Shown here one piece after another: positions 36,327-45,829 of a DNA stretch of 47,618 bases. The translations under genes and the position numbers were made by a program. The stretch comes from an uncultured virus (IMG/VR IMGVR_UViG_3300028393_000024). Taxonomy: Duplodnaviria; Heunggongvirae; Uroviricota; Caudoviricetes. Each line of letters begins with the position of its first letter. Position 1 is the first letter of the stretch. The DNA lies in the IMG/VR virus record IMGVR_UViG_3300028393_000024; one strand, given 5' to 3'. The notes beneath the pieces were generated by a model that worked only from the letters and a program-made list of their open reading frames with translations, searched no databases and was not told the origin of the DNA.

Positions 36327-37238
36327 ATGAAAATTGCTATCTGTTCCGATGTCCATCTAGAATTTGGACAACTTGAACTACAAAACACACAAAATGCTGA
36401 AGTTCTTATTTTATCTGGTGATATTTGTACTGCTGTTGATCTTCGTGTCACCGATAGTATTCTTTCTTCTGCTAAAACTGATCGTTATCTTGATTTCTTT
36501 GCTGCTTGCTCTCGCAACTTTCCTCATGTTGTGTATATTATGGGTAATCATGAGCATTATCATGGTGATTACGCTACTTCTTCAGGTATTCTAAGAGATG
36601 CCATGAAGCAGTGTGGTGACAACATTCACTTTCTTGATAAAGAAGTTTGGGAACATAATGATCACGTATTCATTGGTGGAACTCTTTGGACTGATATGAA
36701 TGGTGAAGATGAGATGACAATGAATCATGTTCAGCGTCGTATGAATGACTTTCAAATCTGCAAGAACAGTAATCGAGAAGTTAATTTCAGAACACAAGAA
36801 CCAACTCTTGATGAGAATGGTGTTCACAAGAAAGACGAGAGTGGTGCTGGATTGTACCACGCAGTCTTTAAGACTCGTGATGCATACTTGTCTCCACAGG
36901 ATGCCCTAGAAGACCACAAAGAGATGCTGAAATTTCTTACGGTAACATACGATCATATTCCTCCATGGAAGACTGTTGTTGTTTGTACTCACCATGCCCC
37001 AAGTAAAGGTTCTGAGCATCCACGTTACAAGACTGATCAATTGATGAATGGTGCTTACAATTCTAAGTTGGATAACTTTATCATGGATCGTCCAGGTATC
37101 AAACTGTGGACTCATGGTCATACGCATGAAGACTTTGACTACATGATCGGAAGCACTCGTGTTGTGTGCAACCCTCGTGGTTACATCAACTATGAAGATC
37201 GTGCCGATCGTTTTGAATTAAAGGTAGTTGAAGTATGA
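36327..37238 (+). CDS. Calcineurin-like metallophosphoesterase
   Basis: SDVHLE, GDI, GNHEHY, THHAP, HGHTH, NPRGY; promoter TTGACT-17-TATAAT at 36277. Confidence 0.9.
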   Translation: MKIAICSDVHLEFGQLELQNTQNAEVLILSGDICTAVDLRVTDSILSSAKTDRYLDFFAACSRNFPHVVYIMGNHEHYHGDYATSSGILRDAMKQCGDNIHFLDKEVWEHNDHVFIGGTLWTDMNGEDEMTMNHVQRRMNDFQICKNSNREVNFRTQEPTLDENGVHKKDESGAGLYHAVFKTRDAYLSPQDALEDHKEMLKFLTVTYDHIPPWKTVVVCTHHAPSKGSEHPRYKTDQLMNGAYNSKLDNFIMDRPGIKLWTHGHTHEDFDYMIGSTRVVCNPRGYINYEDRADRFELKVVEV

Positions 37239-37570
37239 GTGAGTACACTCCAGACAGATGGGTAGTTGTTAGAATTACTGGACCAGATACTCCACCAATC
37301 CATAAAGTTTTTGCTTGTTGGTATGGTGGTTATCTTGGTTCAGATTCTTGGAAACTAAACTCAGGTATTACAAGAGCATACGAAGTAGGTCTTTGCATAA
37401 TGTTTGACGGCAGCAGTGGTTCGACGTATAATTGTCATAAGTCTCACTATGGTACTAATGGCTATGGCGGTGGAGTTCTTTCTAACATGATTCTCATGGC
37501 TAGAGAGAAAGGTGTTACTATTGAAATTCTTGATGAAGAAACTAACTGGTTGGAGATTAACTATGAATAA
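37235..37570 (+). CDS. Conserved hypothetical phage protein
   Basis: YTPDRWVV, WYGGYLGSDSWKLNSGI. Confidence 0.75.
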   Translation: MSEYTPDRWVVVRITGPDTPPIHKVFACWYGGYLGSDSWKLNSGITRAYEVGLCIMFDGSSGSTYNCHKSHYGTNGYGGGVLSNMILMAREKGVTIEILDEETNWLEINYE

Positions 37571-38000
37571 GTGGACAATTGAAGTACAAGAAAATGAAGA
37601 TGGTGAATTGTTCATTGAATTGAACGATGAAATCCTTGAGGGTTCTGGTTTTAAAGCTGGTGATGATGTCATATGGACAGATCGTGGTGATGGAAGTTGG
37701 AGTTTGACTAAATCCGATAAAGTTTGGGTAATGGTTGAGTGTGTTCAACAATATCGTTTGCGATATATGGTTCAAGCACCAGCTACTAATCCTGAGTATG
37801 CGCTTGATGATGTAACTATGCATACAGCCAAAGAATTTTCTCAACTAGATATAGGTGAGACCATTGTTTCTCATCGTGTTATGAATACTGAAGATGCAAT
37901 GAAACTGTGTCGTGAAGATAATGATTATGTTGACTCGTGGAATGATGAACAAGTAATGAATGCTTTCTTTACAAAAGAAGGTCAAACCCAGGATTATTAA
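37563..38000 (+). CDS. Hypothetical protein with AbrB-like N-terminus
   Basis: GELFIEL...GDDVIW..RGDGSW. Confidence 0.65.
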   Translation: MNKWTIEVQENEDGELFIELNDEILEGSGFKAGDDVIWTDRGDGSWSLTKSDKVWVMVECVQQYRLRYMVQAPATNPEYALDDVTMHTAKEFSQLDIGETIVSHRVMNTEDAMKLCREDNDYVDSWNDEQVMNAFFTKEGQTQDY

Positions 38001-38001
38001 T

Positions 38002-38304
38002 ATGCCAAAATTTACACTTATTGCTGAACATGTAGACTTATATACTGGTAACAGTAATGGTCACAAGATTACCTACGAATTTGAGGTAGATCATATTTCT
38101 CATGTTTTAGAAAATGTTGATTACTTTATTCGTGGTGTTGGTTATCATCCCGATGGAATATTGGATTATGTTCCTGAAGATGAGCACTATGGCTTACATT
38201 CCGAAGAAATAGATGAGTGGACTCAAACTCTCCGCGAAGACGCTGATGCCGAAAACCCTTGGCCAGCTGCATACTATGGTCATGACTTAAAGGAAACCAA
38301 ATAA
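38002..38304 (+). CDS. Hypothetical protein
   Basis: MPKFTLIAEH. Confidence 0.6.
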   Translation: MPKFTLIAEHVDLYTGNSNGHKITYEFEVDHISHVLENVDYFIRGVGYHPDGILDYVPEDEHYGLHSEEIDEWTQTLREDADAENPWPAAYYGHDLKETK

Positions 38305-38663
38305 TGTCGTATTCATTAGATGTAAAAGTTTTTCAAAGCGCATGTGATCAAAAACCAGATCCAAAAAATGCTGCGTTATATAAGTCTTTGATGGAAGAAG
38401 AATTCAAAGAGTTTATAGATGCTCATTGGAATCAGGATGAAGAAGAAATGCTTGATGCTTGCATGGATTTAATCTGGGTAACACTTGGATTCTGTGCCAT
38501 GAAGGGATATGACGCTGATGGAGCATGGGATGAAGTTCTTAGATCTAATATGCGCAAACTTGACCCAGTGACTCAAAAAGTAATTCGTCGTGAAGATGGT
38601 AAAATTTTAAAACCTGAAGGATGGCAACCTCCTGACATGAGTAAATATTTGAGGAAAAAATGA
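38304..38663 (+). CDS. MazG/PRA-PH-like NTP pyrophosphohydrolase
   Basis: LMEEEFKE, DACMDL, EVLRSNM, REDGKILKPEGWQPPD. Confidence 0.85.
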   Translation: MSYSLDVKVFQSACDQKPDPKNAALYKSLMEEEFKEFIDAHWNQDEEEMLDACMDLIWVTLGFCAMKGYDADGAWDEVLRSNMRKLDPVTQKVIRREDGKILKPEGWQPPDMSKYLRKK

Positions 38664-39061
38664 TTGAATGCTTAATAGTTGGTGATAGTATTGGTGTTGG
38701 AATCGCAAATGTAAGACCAGAGTGTGTTGCATATGTTAAGGGTGGAGTTAACTCGCATCAGTGGTTGAATAAAAATATTCAGAACACACCACTGGTCGCT
38801 AGTCGTGTAATTATTTCTCTTGGTTCTAATGATCATCAGTATGTTAAAACCGAAGAAGAATTAAGAACGATTAGAAAATTAACCAATGCTCAGGTAGTCT
38901 ACTGGGTTATGCCCAGTGATAAATTTCCCAAGGCACAATCTGCAGTATGGCATGTGGCAAACGAAAACAATGATATAATTCTTAATACAAAACGATATCA
39001 AGTGGATGGTGTTCATCCTTCTTGGGCTGGTTATAAAGAAATTGCTGAAGCAACAAAATGA
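38660..39061 (+). CDS. SGNH/GDSL hydrolase
   Basis: GDSI, LGSND, DGVHP. Confidence 0.85.
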   Translation: MIECLIVGDSIGVGIANVRPECVAYVKGGVNSHQWLNKNIQNTPLVASRVIISLGSNDHQYVKTEEELRTIRKLTNAQVVYWVMPSDKFPKAQSAVWHVANENNDIILNTKRYQVDGVHPSWAGYKEIAEATK

Positions 39062-39534
39062 TTACACTTTACTTAGATATGGATGGTGTCCTTGCTGATT
39101 TTAACAAGGAATACACCAAATATGACCCACTCAAAGAAGACCGAAAGAAATTTCGGTCTGCTGTTTTGGAACATCGTATTTTTGAGAAATTAGACTTTCT
39201 GTCTGATACTCAAGAATTGTTGACCCATGTGTCTAAGTTAAAAGATATTAACATTGAAATTCTTACATCAATGGGAACTCATGAAACAGTACAAGGCGAC
39301 GCTGCGAAATCTCAAAAGATAAAATGGCTAAACGAGAAAAACATCCCTTACCGAGCAAACTTTTCTAGAAGTAAAGAAGAAAAAGCGAAATGGGCTACAG
39401 GAACTTCCATTTTGATTGATGACTCTGTTGGATGTATTAGTCCTTTTGTTGAGGCAGGTGGTCATGGTATTCTGCATACTACATCTTCCGAAACAATTCG
39501 TTTGTTAGATTCAGCAATTTCTGCATTGAGATAA
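39058..39534 (+). CDS. HAD-family 5'(3')-nucleotidase-like protein
   Basis: DMDGVLADF, LIDD, AGGHGILH. Confidence 0.85.
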   Translation: MITLYLDMDGVLADFNKEYTKYDPLKEDRKKFRSAVLEHRIFEKLDFLSDTQELLTHVSKLKDINIEILTSMGTHETVQGDAAKSQKIKWLNEKNIPYRANFSRSKEEKAKWATGTSILIDDSVGCISPFVEAGGHGILHTTSSETIRLLDSAISALR

Positions 39535-39536
39535 TT

Positions 39537-39788
39537 ATGACATTAACTGCAAGCACTTTTACTGGTATCATTCCATTCATACCAATTGTTACACCACCAG
39601 CGCCATTACCACCTACATTCACATTTCCTGATCCAATCAGTTATGAATTTCAGGTAGTTGAGTATGTTAACGATGGAAAGATTACAAAAGTTGGATTACA
39701 AGTTAAATGTAATACTCACGATCAATGTGGTAACATTAAATTACATGGTACATGGCAAGATGTTCCACGTATACAGGTGAAACTATGA
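39537..39788 (+). CDS. Hypothetical protein
   Basis: Pro-rich N-terminus; WQDVPRI. Confidence 0.55.
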   Translation: MTLTASTFTGIIPFIPIVTPPAPLPPTFTFPDPISYEFQVVEYVNDGKITKVGLQVKCNTHDQCGNIKLHGTWQDVPRIQVKL

Positions 39789-40318
39789 ATATATTTTATC
39801 TACATAATGATCCAAAAACCTGCGCAGAAATGCATGTGGACAAACACTGCGTAAAGATGATTCTCGAATATGCTCAACTTCTTTCTACTGCCCATCGTGT
39901 TCTTGACGGTACTCTTTCTGTGGGTCGTTCATCATCTGGACGTAAGAAAACTTCATATGTGCTTATGGATGAGCGTGATTCTCTTCTTTACTCTGCTACT
40001 CACATCAATCATCCTTCTGCTATTTGGGTAAGACAGTCACAAGCAAATTATTTTTGGCTTTATGAGTTGTTTGGTTGGTTATGTAATGAATACACCCATC
40101 GTTATGAGAAACATCATGCAACTACACGATTAGATATAGAATTGAGTATTCCACCAAAAAATATACCAATTGGTGAATTCACTGAGCCAACTCCAGCCAT
40201 GCCTGATCACTATAAAGTAGCTGGCGATTCAATCCAGTCTTATAAGAACTATTACCTTGGCGACAAAACTCGCATGTTCTCCTGGAAAAACCGTGAAACA
40301 CCATCTTGGGTTTCATAA
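39785..40318 (+). CDS. Pyrimidine-dimer DNA glycosylase-like (DenV-related) protein
   Basis: MNIFYL, DKHCVKMILEYAQLLST, THINHPSAIW, EYTHRY, AMPD. Confidence 0.8.
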   Translation: MNIFYLHNDPKTCAEMHVDKHCVKMILEYAQLLSTAHRVLDGTLSVGRSSSGRKKTSYVLMDERDSLLYSATHINHPSAIWVRQSQANYFWLYELFGWLCNEYTHRYEKHHATTRLDIELSIPPKNIPIGEFTEPTPAMPDHYKVAGDSIQSYKNYYLGDKTRMFSWKNRETPSWVS

Positions 40319-40338
40319 ATAGAAAATAAGGAGTTATA

Positions 40339-40590
40339 ATGACAACATATTTGATGAAGAATACTGAAACTGGTGATGTTTTTGAAATTAACTGTAAAAT
40401 GTCTGAGTACGATCAGTACAGACTAGACAACCCCACCCACGAAAGACACTATGACGGATACGCACCATCAATTGGTGATCCTGTAAGATTAGGTGTTCGC
40501 AAAATGGACTCTGGATTTAAGGAGGTGCTACAAAAGATTAAACAACGAACAACATATGCAGATTTCGATAAAACCTCGTCTCAAATTTAA
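40339..40590 (+). CDS. Small conserved protein upstream of phoH
   Basis: TAAGGAG RBS; late-type ATAAATA upstream; GFKEVLQKIK. Confidence 0.7.
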   Translation: MTTYLMKNTETGDVFEINCKMSEYDQYRLDNPTHERHYDGYAPSIGDPVRLGVRKMDSGFKEVLQKIKQRTTYADFDKTSSQI

Positions 40591-40599
40591 GGAATTTTA

Positions 40600-41364
40600 A
40601 TGGCTCGTAAATCCTCACTGGCAATAGTAGAAAATAATAATGAGACTCGTGAGACAAAACCAATAGCAAGCAATCAGTTAAAACTAAGATTAGATAACTT
40701 AAAGACATTCCAACCATTAACTGAAAATCAAAAATTATTTTTTGAAGCATATAGAACAGGTGATTATTTTATAGCATTACATGGTGTCGCAGGTACAGGT
40801 AAAACTTTCATTGCACTCTACAAAGCAATCGAAGAAGTACTGGATAAATCAAACCCTTTCAATAAAATTATTGTAGTTCGTTCAGCAGTTCAATCTCGCG
40901 AAATGGGACATCTCCCAGGTGATGTTGGCGAGAAGATGGAAATTTACGAACAACCATACCGTCAAATTTGTCATCAGTTTTTTGATCGTAAAGATGCTTG
41001 GGATCGTTTAGAAGAACAAGGACATATACAGTTTATCTCTACATCTTTTATTCGTGGTATGTCCTTTGATAATGCTATTATCATTGTTGATGAGATGCAG
41101 AACTTGACTTATGAAGAAATCGACACAGTTATGACTCGAGTTGGTCATATGTCTAAAATTATCTGGTGCGGAGACTATCGTCAGACTGACCTAAATAAAC
41201 GTAAGAACGATGTTACAGGTATTTTAAAATTCTTTGATATTGCTCAGCATATGAAAGCATTTACTCGTATTGAATTTACTGTAGATGATATTGTTCGCTC
41301 ATCATTAGTTAAAGATTATATTTTGGCTAAACTAAAATACGAAGATTACGAGGATAAAAAATGA
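40600..41364 (+). CDS. phoH: PhoH-like ATPase
   Basis: GVAGTGKT, GHLPG, FIRGMSF, DEMQN, TRVG, GDYRQTD, DIVRS. Confidence 0.95.
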   Translation: MARKSSLAIVENNNETRETKPIASNQLKLRLDNLKTFQPLTENQKLFFEAYRTGDYFIALHGVAGTGKTFIALYKAIEEVLDKSNPFNKIIVVRSAVQSREMGHLPGDVGEKMEIYEQPYRQICHQFFDRKDAWDRLEEQGHIQFISTSFIRGMSFDNAIIIVDEMQNLTYEEIDTVMTRVGHMSKIIWCGDYRQTDLNKRKNDVTGILKFFDIAQHMKAFTRIEFTVDDIVRSSLVKDYILAKLKYEDYEDKK

Positions 41365-41981
41365 TAACAGCAGAACAGTTTCATAAACTTTTCCCACGCA
41401 ACCCTGAACCTCAAGTTTGGGCTGATGCCATGGCAGAGGTATTTCCTACTTACGAGATTAACACTCCACATCGTGTAGCAGCATTCCTTGCTCAATGTGG
41501 ACATGAGTCTGGTGGCTGGACAGTATTTGAAGAAAATCTAAACTATTCCGCACAAGGATTGAATAACACCTTCAAGAAATATTTTCCTACACTTGAATCA
41601 GCTACTCCGTATGCTCGCAAACCAGAAATGATTGCCAACAAGATTTATGCCAACCGCATGGGCAATGGCGCACCAGAATCTGGTGATGGTTATAGATATC
41701 GTGGTCGTGGACCAATCCAGTTAACTGGTAAAGCAAACTATACATCATTCGCAAAAGACATGTTTGATGATTGGGAAAACTTACTTGATAATCCTGATTG
41801 GGTAACCTACGATAAGAGTTTTGCTTTGATGTCTGCTATTTGGTTTTGGAATACAAATAAGTTAAATGTTCAAGCAGATAATGGTGATATAAAATTAATG
41901 ACCAAAAAAATTAATGGTGGTTACATTGGACTAGAAGATCGTATTGCACACTATAATGAATGTATTGCTGAACTTGCTTAA
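41361..41981 (+). CDS. GH19 family endolysin
   Basis: FLAQCGHES, ENLNY, YRGRGPIQLTG, INGG. Confidence 0.92.
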   Translation: MITAEQFHKLFPRNPEPQVWADAMAEVFPTYEINTPHRVAAFLAQCGHESGGWTVFEENLNYSAQGLNNTFKKYFPTLESATPYARKPEMIANKIYANRMGNGAPESGDGYRYRGRGPIQLTGKANYTSFAKDMFDDWENLLDNPDWVTYDKSFALMSAIWFWNTNKLNVQADNGDIKLMTKKINGGYIGLEDRIAHYNECIAELA

Positions 41982-42631
41982 TGAAAAATTTTATATATCA
42001 TGATTTCGCGAAACTGGAGCGTATCGATAGTCCCGAAGGTAGGTTATACAAAACACCTTCGGGTCGAGCCTATCCCTCGGTTACCACCATTACTGGATTG
42101 CATTCAAAACAGAGCATCATTGCTTGGAGAAAAAGAGTCGGAGAAGCAGAAGCAACAAAAATCTCCACCAGAGCAGCAACAAGAGGAACAAAAGTTCACT
42201 CCCTCTGTGAATCCTATCTCCGTGGAGAATCAACTCAACCAGATATATTCGATACGCAATTATTTAAAAGTCTCATCCCAGAATTAGATAACATAGATAA
42301 TATACATGCGTTGGAAAGTCCACTGTACTCAAATCACTTACAAGTAGCAGGAACTGTTGATTGTATTGCGGAGTATAAAGGTAAGTTGTCAATAATTGAC
42401 TTTAAGACATCTGCAAAAATAAAAAATCGTGACTGGATTCATGGATACTTTATGCAGACTTCTGCCTACGCAGTTATGTTTGAAGAAATGACAGGAATTC
42501 CTGTAAGTCGTCTTGTAATCATAATCGGTGTAGATGAATATACACCACAGATATTTCAAGAGCGTAGAGATGAGTGGATTGGTGGATTCAAAGATTTGAG
42601 ACAAGAGTACTTGCAAGTAAAAGGTATCTAA
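41981..42631 (+). CDS. PD-(D/E)XK exonuclease
   Basis: YPSVTT, RGTKVH, AGTVDC, IIDFKTS, QTSAYA. Confidence 0.9.
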   Translation: MKNFIYHDFAKLERIDSPEGRLYKTPSGRAYPSVTTITGLHSKQSIIAWRKRVGEAEATKISTRAATRGTKVHSLCESYLRGESTQPDIFDTQLFKSLIPELDNIDNIHALESPLYSNHLQVAGTVDCIAEYKGKLSIIDFKTSAKIKNRDWIHGYFMQTSAYAVMFEEMTGIPVSRLVIIIGVDEYTPQIFQERRDEWIGGFKDLRQEYLQVKGI

Positions 42632-42683
42632 CTTGACTAAAAATACTAAATATAGTATACTAGATCTTACTAGGAGAAATATT

Positions 42684-43004
42684 ATGAGAAAAATTCTTAT
42701 AAGTTTAATTACCGTAACAAGTCTATTCACTGGATCAGCTTTTGCTGATGGATATCATCACCATGGTGGTGGATACTATCAGAGTAATGGATATGGTTGG
42801 GCTGCACCATTGGTACTTGGTGGTGTCTTTGGTTATGCTATTGCTCAACAACCAAGAACAGTTATTGTTCAGCAACAGCCACCCATTATATATCAGCAAC
42901 AGCCACCTGTTGTATATCAACAGTCAGTGCCTTATGGATATCACTACGAAACTATTTTAGATGCGAACTGTAACTGTTATCGTACAGTTATGATTCCAAA
43001 CTAA
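42684..43004 (+). CDS. Secreted Gly/Gln/Pro-rich protein
   Basis: AGGAG RBS, signal peptide, QQPP repeats; promoter TTGACT-17-TATACT at 42633. Confidence 0.7.
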   Translation: MRKILISLITVTSLFTGSAFADGYHHHGGGYYQSNGYGWAAPLVLGGVFGYAIAQQPRTVIVQQQPPIIYQQQPPVVYQQSVPYGYHYETILDANCNCYRTVMIPN

Positions 43005-43009
43005 TTGTT

Positions 43010-43296
43010 GTAATTCCTTCAAAGAGAATGTGTTCTGGACGGGAGTTCGATTCTCCCCATCTCCACCAAAAGTATTTTAGCACCCAGCAGATAAGACTGG
43101 CTCTGTTTGTGAAAATAAAATACTTCTGATGGGGATGACTAGGTTTCGACAGGGCAAGATATCGGAGACGGCAACACAGTAGGCGATGACTGTCAATCAA
43201 GCAAAACCGTAAACGCAAACGACGCACAGTTCGCATTAGCAGCCTAAACACTGCTTAGGGTTTCGGTAACTTTCCTCGTAACAGAATAAGTTACCA
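43010..43296 (+). ncRNA. ssrA: Circularly permuted two-piece tmRNA
   Basis: Acceptor/T-arm ending CCA at 43068 precedes the 5' piece GGGGATG at 43131; tag ANDAQFALAA* at 43215-43247; outer ends approximate. Confidence 0.9.
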
Positions 43297-43318
43297 TTTT
43301 ATTTTAAAAAGGAATTAC

Positions 43319-43762
43319 ATGAAGAAAGTTATTTTAGTCGCAGTACTATTAGCATCTATCGGTGCTCAAGCAGTTGAACTCGGCATCAATGGAAGTCGTG
43401 ATACTGCAAACTCAGATCGTACTGGTTTAGGTATTACTATTGGTCAGAAATATGGATCATTCGGTGTTACTGCTGGTTTCGATCAATACAAAACTGGCAC
43501 TGATCTATATAAGTACAGTGTAGTTGGTTCATATGATGTGACCAATGTTGGACCAGTAACTCTTGCCGCAAAAGCAGGTGTTGCTTATTTGGATCAAAAA
43601 GGTTCAACTGATGGTTACGCAGCACTTGTTGGTGTTGGCGCATCTTATCCAATAACTAAGCAAATTGCTTTGACCGCAGACTATCGTTATCAAGCAGGTC
43701 AATCTCGTGTTAGTAATTTAGATGGTAGCACTATCGCTGCTGGTTTGAAATACTCATTCTAA
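43319..43762 (+). CDS. Outer-membrane beta-barrel protein
   Basis: Signal peptide, alternating beta strands, C-terminal GLKYSF BAM signal. Confidence 0.85.
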   Translation: MKKVILVAVLLASIGAQAVELGINGSRDTANSDRTGLGITIGQKYGSFGVTAGFDQYKTGTDLYKYSVVGSYDVTNVGPVTLAAKAGVAYLDQKGSTDGYAALVGVGASYPITKQIALTADYRYQAGQSRVSNLDGSTIAAGLKYSF

Positions 43763-43913
43763 TTTGAGAGTTGATGGTCTCTATAAAACCATCACGAATT
43801 AATGAAGTCTTTGCTGTATGTTAGCACCCGATAGCCAAAGTTATCTTGGACTAACTAAAGTGACGACATTAATGCTGAACGAGTGCTATGATTAACTTTT
43901 TAAAGGAAATACC

Positions 43914-44096
43914 ATGAAATCACTTATTGCATTTATTATGTTTGCTTTTGCTTCCGTTACTTTTGCTGCTGAGCCAGCTGTGACTAAACCAGTTGCTGCT
44001 GTTGAGAAAAAGACAGAGAAAAAAGAAAAGAAAGCACCTTCTGAGCACAAACCTACTGCTAAAAAGGTAGAGAAAAAAGCTGAAGATAAGAAATAA
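43914..44096 (+). CDS. Small secreted Lys/Glu/Ala-rich protein
   Basis: Signal peptide ending TFA-AE. Confidence 0.7.
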   Translation: MKSLIAFIMFAFASVTFAAEPAVTKPVAAVEKKTEKKEKKAPSEHKPTAKKVEKKAEDKK

Positions 44097-44183
44097 TATT
44101 ACCTAAATATTATTACACAGTGGGTTGATGGATCCCAATAAAACCATCTTTACACACAACTCATAACACACAAGGAGTACAAC

Positions 44184-44456
44184 ATGAGTAATTTGACCCC
44201 GTTCGAGATTCGCCTGGAACTTTTAAAAATGGCGAAAGATATGTTAAATGATGATTATTATGGCAAGCGTGAGGTTATTAGCAACAGTTGGCATGCCAAA
44301 CTAGAAATTGCTAAAATCAATGGTGGAGAGTTACCTGAACATCCAGGATTCCCAGCTTATCCATCCGAAACAGAAGTCATTGCTAAGGCACAAGTCTTAA
44401 ATGGTTTCGTTTCAAATATCCCCCAAGATACCAAGACTCCGAAAAAGTCCACCTGA
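44184..44456 (+). CDS. Conserved hypothetical phage protein
   Basis: TPFEIRLELLKMAKDML...LNGFVS; AAGGAG RBS. Confidence 0.75.
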   Translation: MSNLTPFEIRLELLKMAKDMLNDDYYGKREVISNSWHAKLEIAKINGGELPEHPGFPAYPSETEVIAKAQVLNGFVSNIPQDTKTPKKST

Positions 44457-44511
44457 TAATGGGATTGGAAGGTGTGTTCGCACACCTTTTCTTCTACAAT
44501 TAAGGAGATGT

Positions 44512-45051
44512 ATGCATACAAAAATACTATATACAACGATAACACTATTATGTTTAATTATTATTACCCCTTTGATCGCCTTAAACGGCAAAAATCTAAT
44601 TCCTCTACATGGAATTGACTACTCAGATCTGACCCCATTCGCTAAAACAGAAGTAGAATGCTTGGCAGACAATATTTACTTTGAATCAGCCTACGAACCA
44701 AAAGATGGTCAAATTGCCGTAGGCATGGTTACGATGAACAGAGTTAAACATGGATTTGATGATTCTGTTTGTGGTGTGGTGAAGCAAAAGACTAGACATA
44801 CTTGTCAGTTTTCTTGGTGGTGCGAATCTAAGGCACAACTCGCTTCTCTATACAAAAATCAACACTTCAATGATAGACAAAAAGAAGTATATCAGAGAAC
44901 GCAAGAAATAGCAGTTTTTGTTTATATGAATTATGATACTATTGATGATAAAACCGATGGTGCTTTATATTATCATGCGGATTATGTTAATCCTAGATGG
45001 AAATTACAAAAAACAGTAACAATTGGTAGACACATTTTTTATAGACCCTAA
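44512..45051 (+). CDS. SleB/Hydrolase_2 cell-wall hydrolase
   Basis: CLADNIYFES, VTMNRV, CQFSW, GALYYHADYVNPRW, IGRHIFY. Confidence 0.92.
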   Translation: MHTKILYTTITLLCLIIITPLIALNGKNLIPLHGIDYSDLTPFAKTEVECLADNIYFESAYEPKDGQIAVGMVTMNRVKHGFDDSVCGVVKQKTRHTCQFSWWCESKAQLASLYKNQHFNDRQKEVYQRTQEIAVFVYMNYDTIDDKTDGALYYHADYVNPRWKLQKTVTIGRHIFYRP

Positions 45052-45061
45052 TGGAGTAGTG

Positions 45062-45637
45062 ATGGCGAATAGTATGATGCAAAAATTGAATTTAGACTTT
45101 CTTAAAGAAGGTGATAAATCTACTCATGGATTCTTTCTTCTTATGGAAGAAGTTTCCCTTTCTTCAGTAAAACCATTGGTAGAATGGATACTTGAATCAA
45201 ATTTCTCTCCTGAAACACCAGAGTTGCTTAATTTGATTATCTGTTCTCCAGGTGGCGATTTGAATGCTGCGTTCGCAGTTATTGATACGATGCGTGGTTC
45301 TTCTATACCAATTCGAACAATTGGTTTGGGACAGGTTTCTTCGGCAGGGTTATTAATCTTTGCATCAGGAACTAAAGGACAACGAATTCTTACACCGAAC
45401 ACTTCTATTTTATCGCACCAGTATTCTTGGGGTGCATTTGGTAAAGAGCATGAGTTATTTGCAACAGTTAAAGAATTCGATTTGACAACAAAACGAATGA
45501 TTGCTCACTATAAAAAAGTGACAGGATTAACTGAAGTAACAATTAGAGAAACACTTCTTCCTCCGCAAGATATTTGGTTATCTGCTCAGGAAGCACAGAA
45601 ACTTGGACTATGTGACTTAGTAAAGGATTTAAAGTGA
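45062..45637 (+). CDS. clpP: ClpP-type protease subunit
   Basis: ICSPGG, GQVSSAG (Ser), LSHQ (His), DIWLSAQEA (Asp). Confidence 0.9.
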   Translation: MANSMMQKLNLDFLKEGDKSTHGFFLLMEEVSLSSVKPLVEWILESNFSPETPELLNLIICSPGGDLNAAFAVIDTMRGSSIPIRTIGLGQVSSAGLLIFASGTKGQRILTPNTSILSHQYSWGAFGKEHELFATVKEFDLTTKRMIAHYKKVTGLTEVTIRETLLPPQDIWLSAQEAQKLGLCDLVKDLK

Positions 45638-45807
45638 AGTGGTTAAAATATTCAGGAGTTTGGATAACCTTTGCGGTGAACCCATACCACTGGAGAATTA
45701 ACTTTGAAGTTCATGGTCCAGATGATATGGATCCAGCTATGCATACAACCATTGCTACAGTTGGTCCACTAACACTAAGGATAGTTACCGATGATGGATC
45801 TTATTAA
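45634..45807 (+). CDS. Small hypothetical protein (57 aa)
   Basis: GTG start; WLKYSG...NPYHW...DDGSY. Confidence 0.55.
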   Translation: MKWLKYSGVWITFAVNPYHWRINFEVHGPDDMDPAMHTTIATVGPLTLRIVTDDGSY

Positions 45808-45829
45808 AAAACTAAAAGGATGGTTTATT

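Noticed and set aside
41981..42631. Cas4/CRISPR adaptation role
   Set aside because: Lacks the four-Cys Fe-S signature; it is an ordinary T4-like PD-(D/E)XK exonuclease
43767..43794. preQ1-I riboswitch call
   Set aside because: Similar topology, but I could not match the conserved ligand-binding nucleotides and no queuosine genes are adjacent; kept as an unknown pseudoknot
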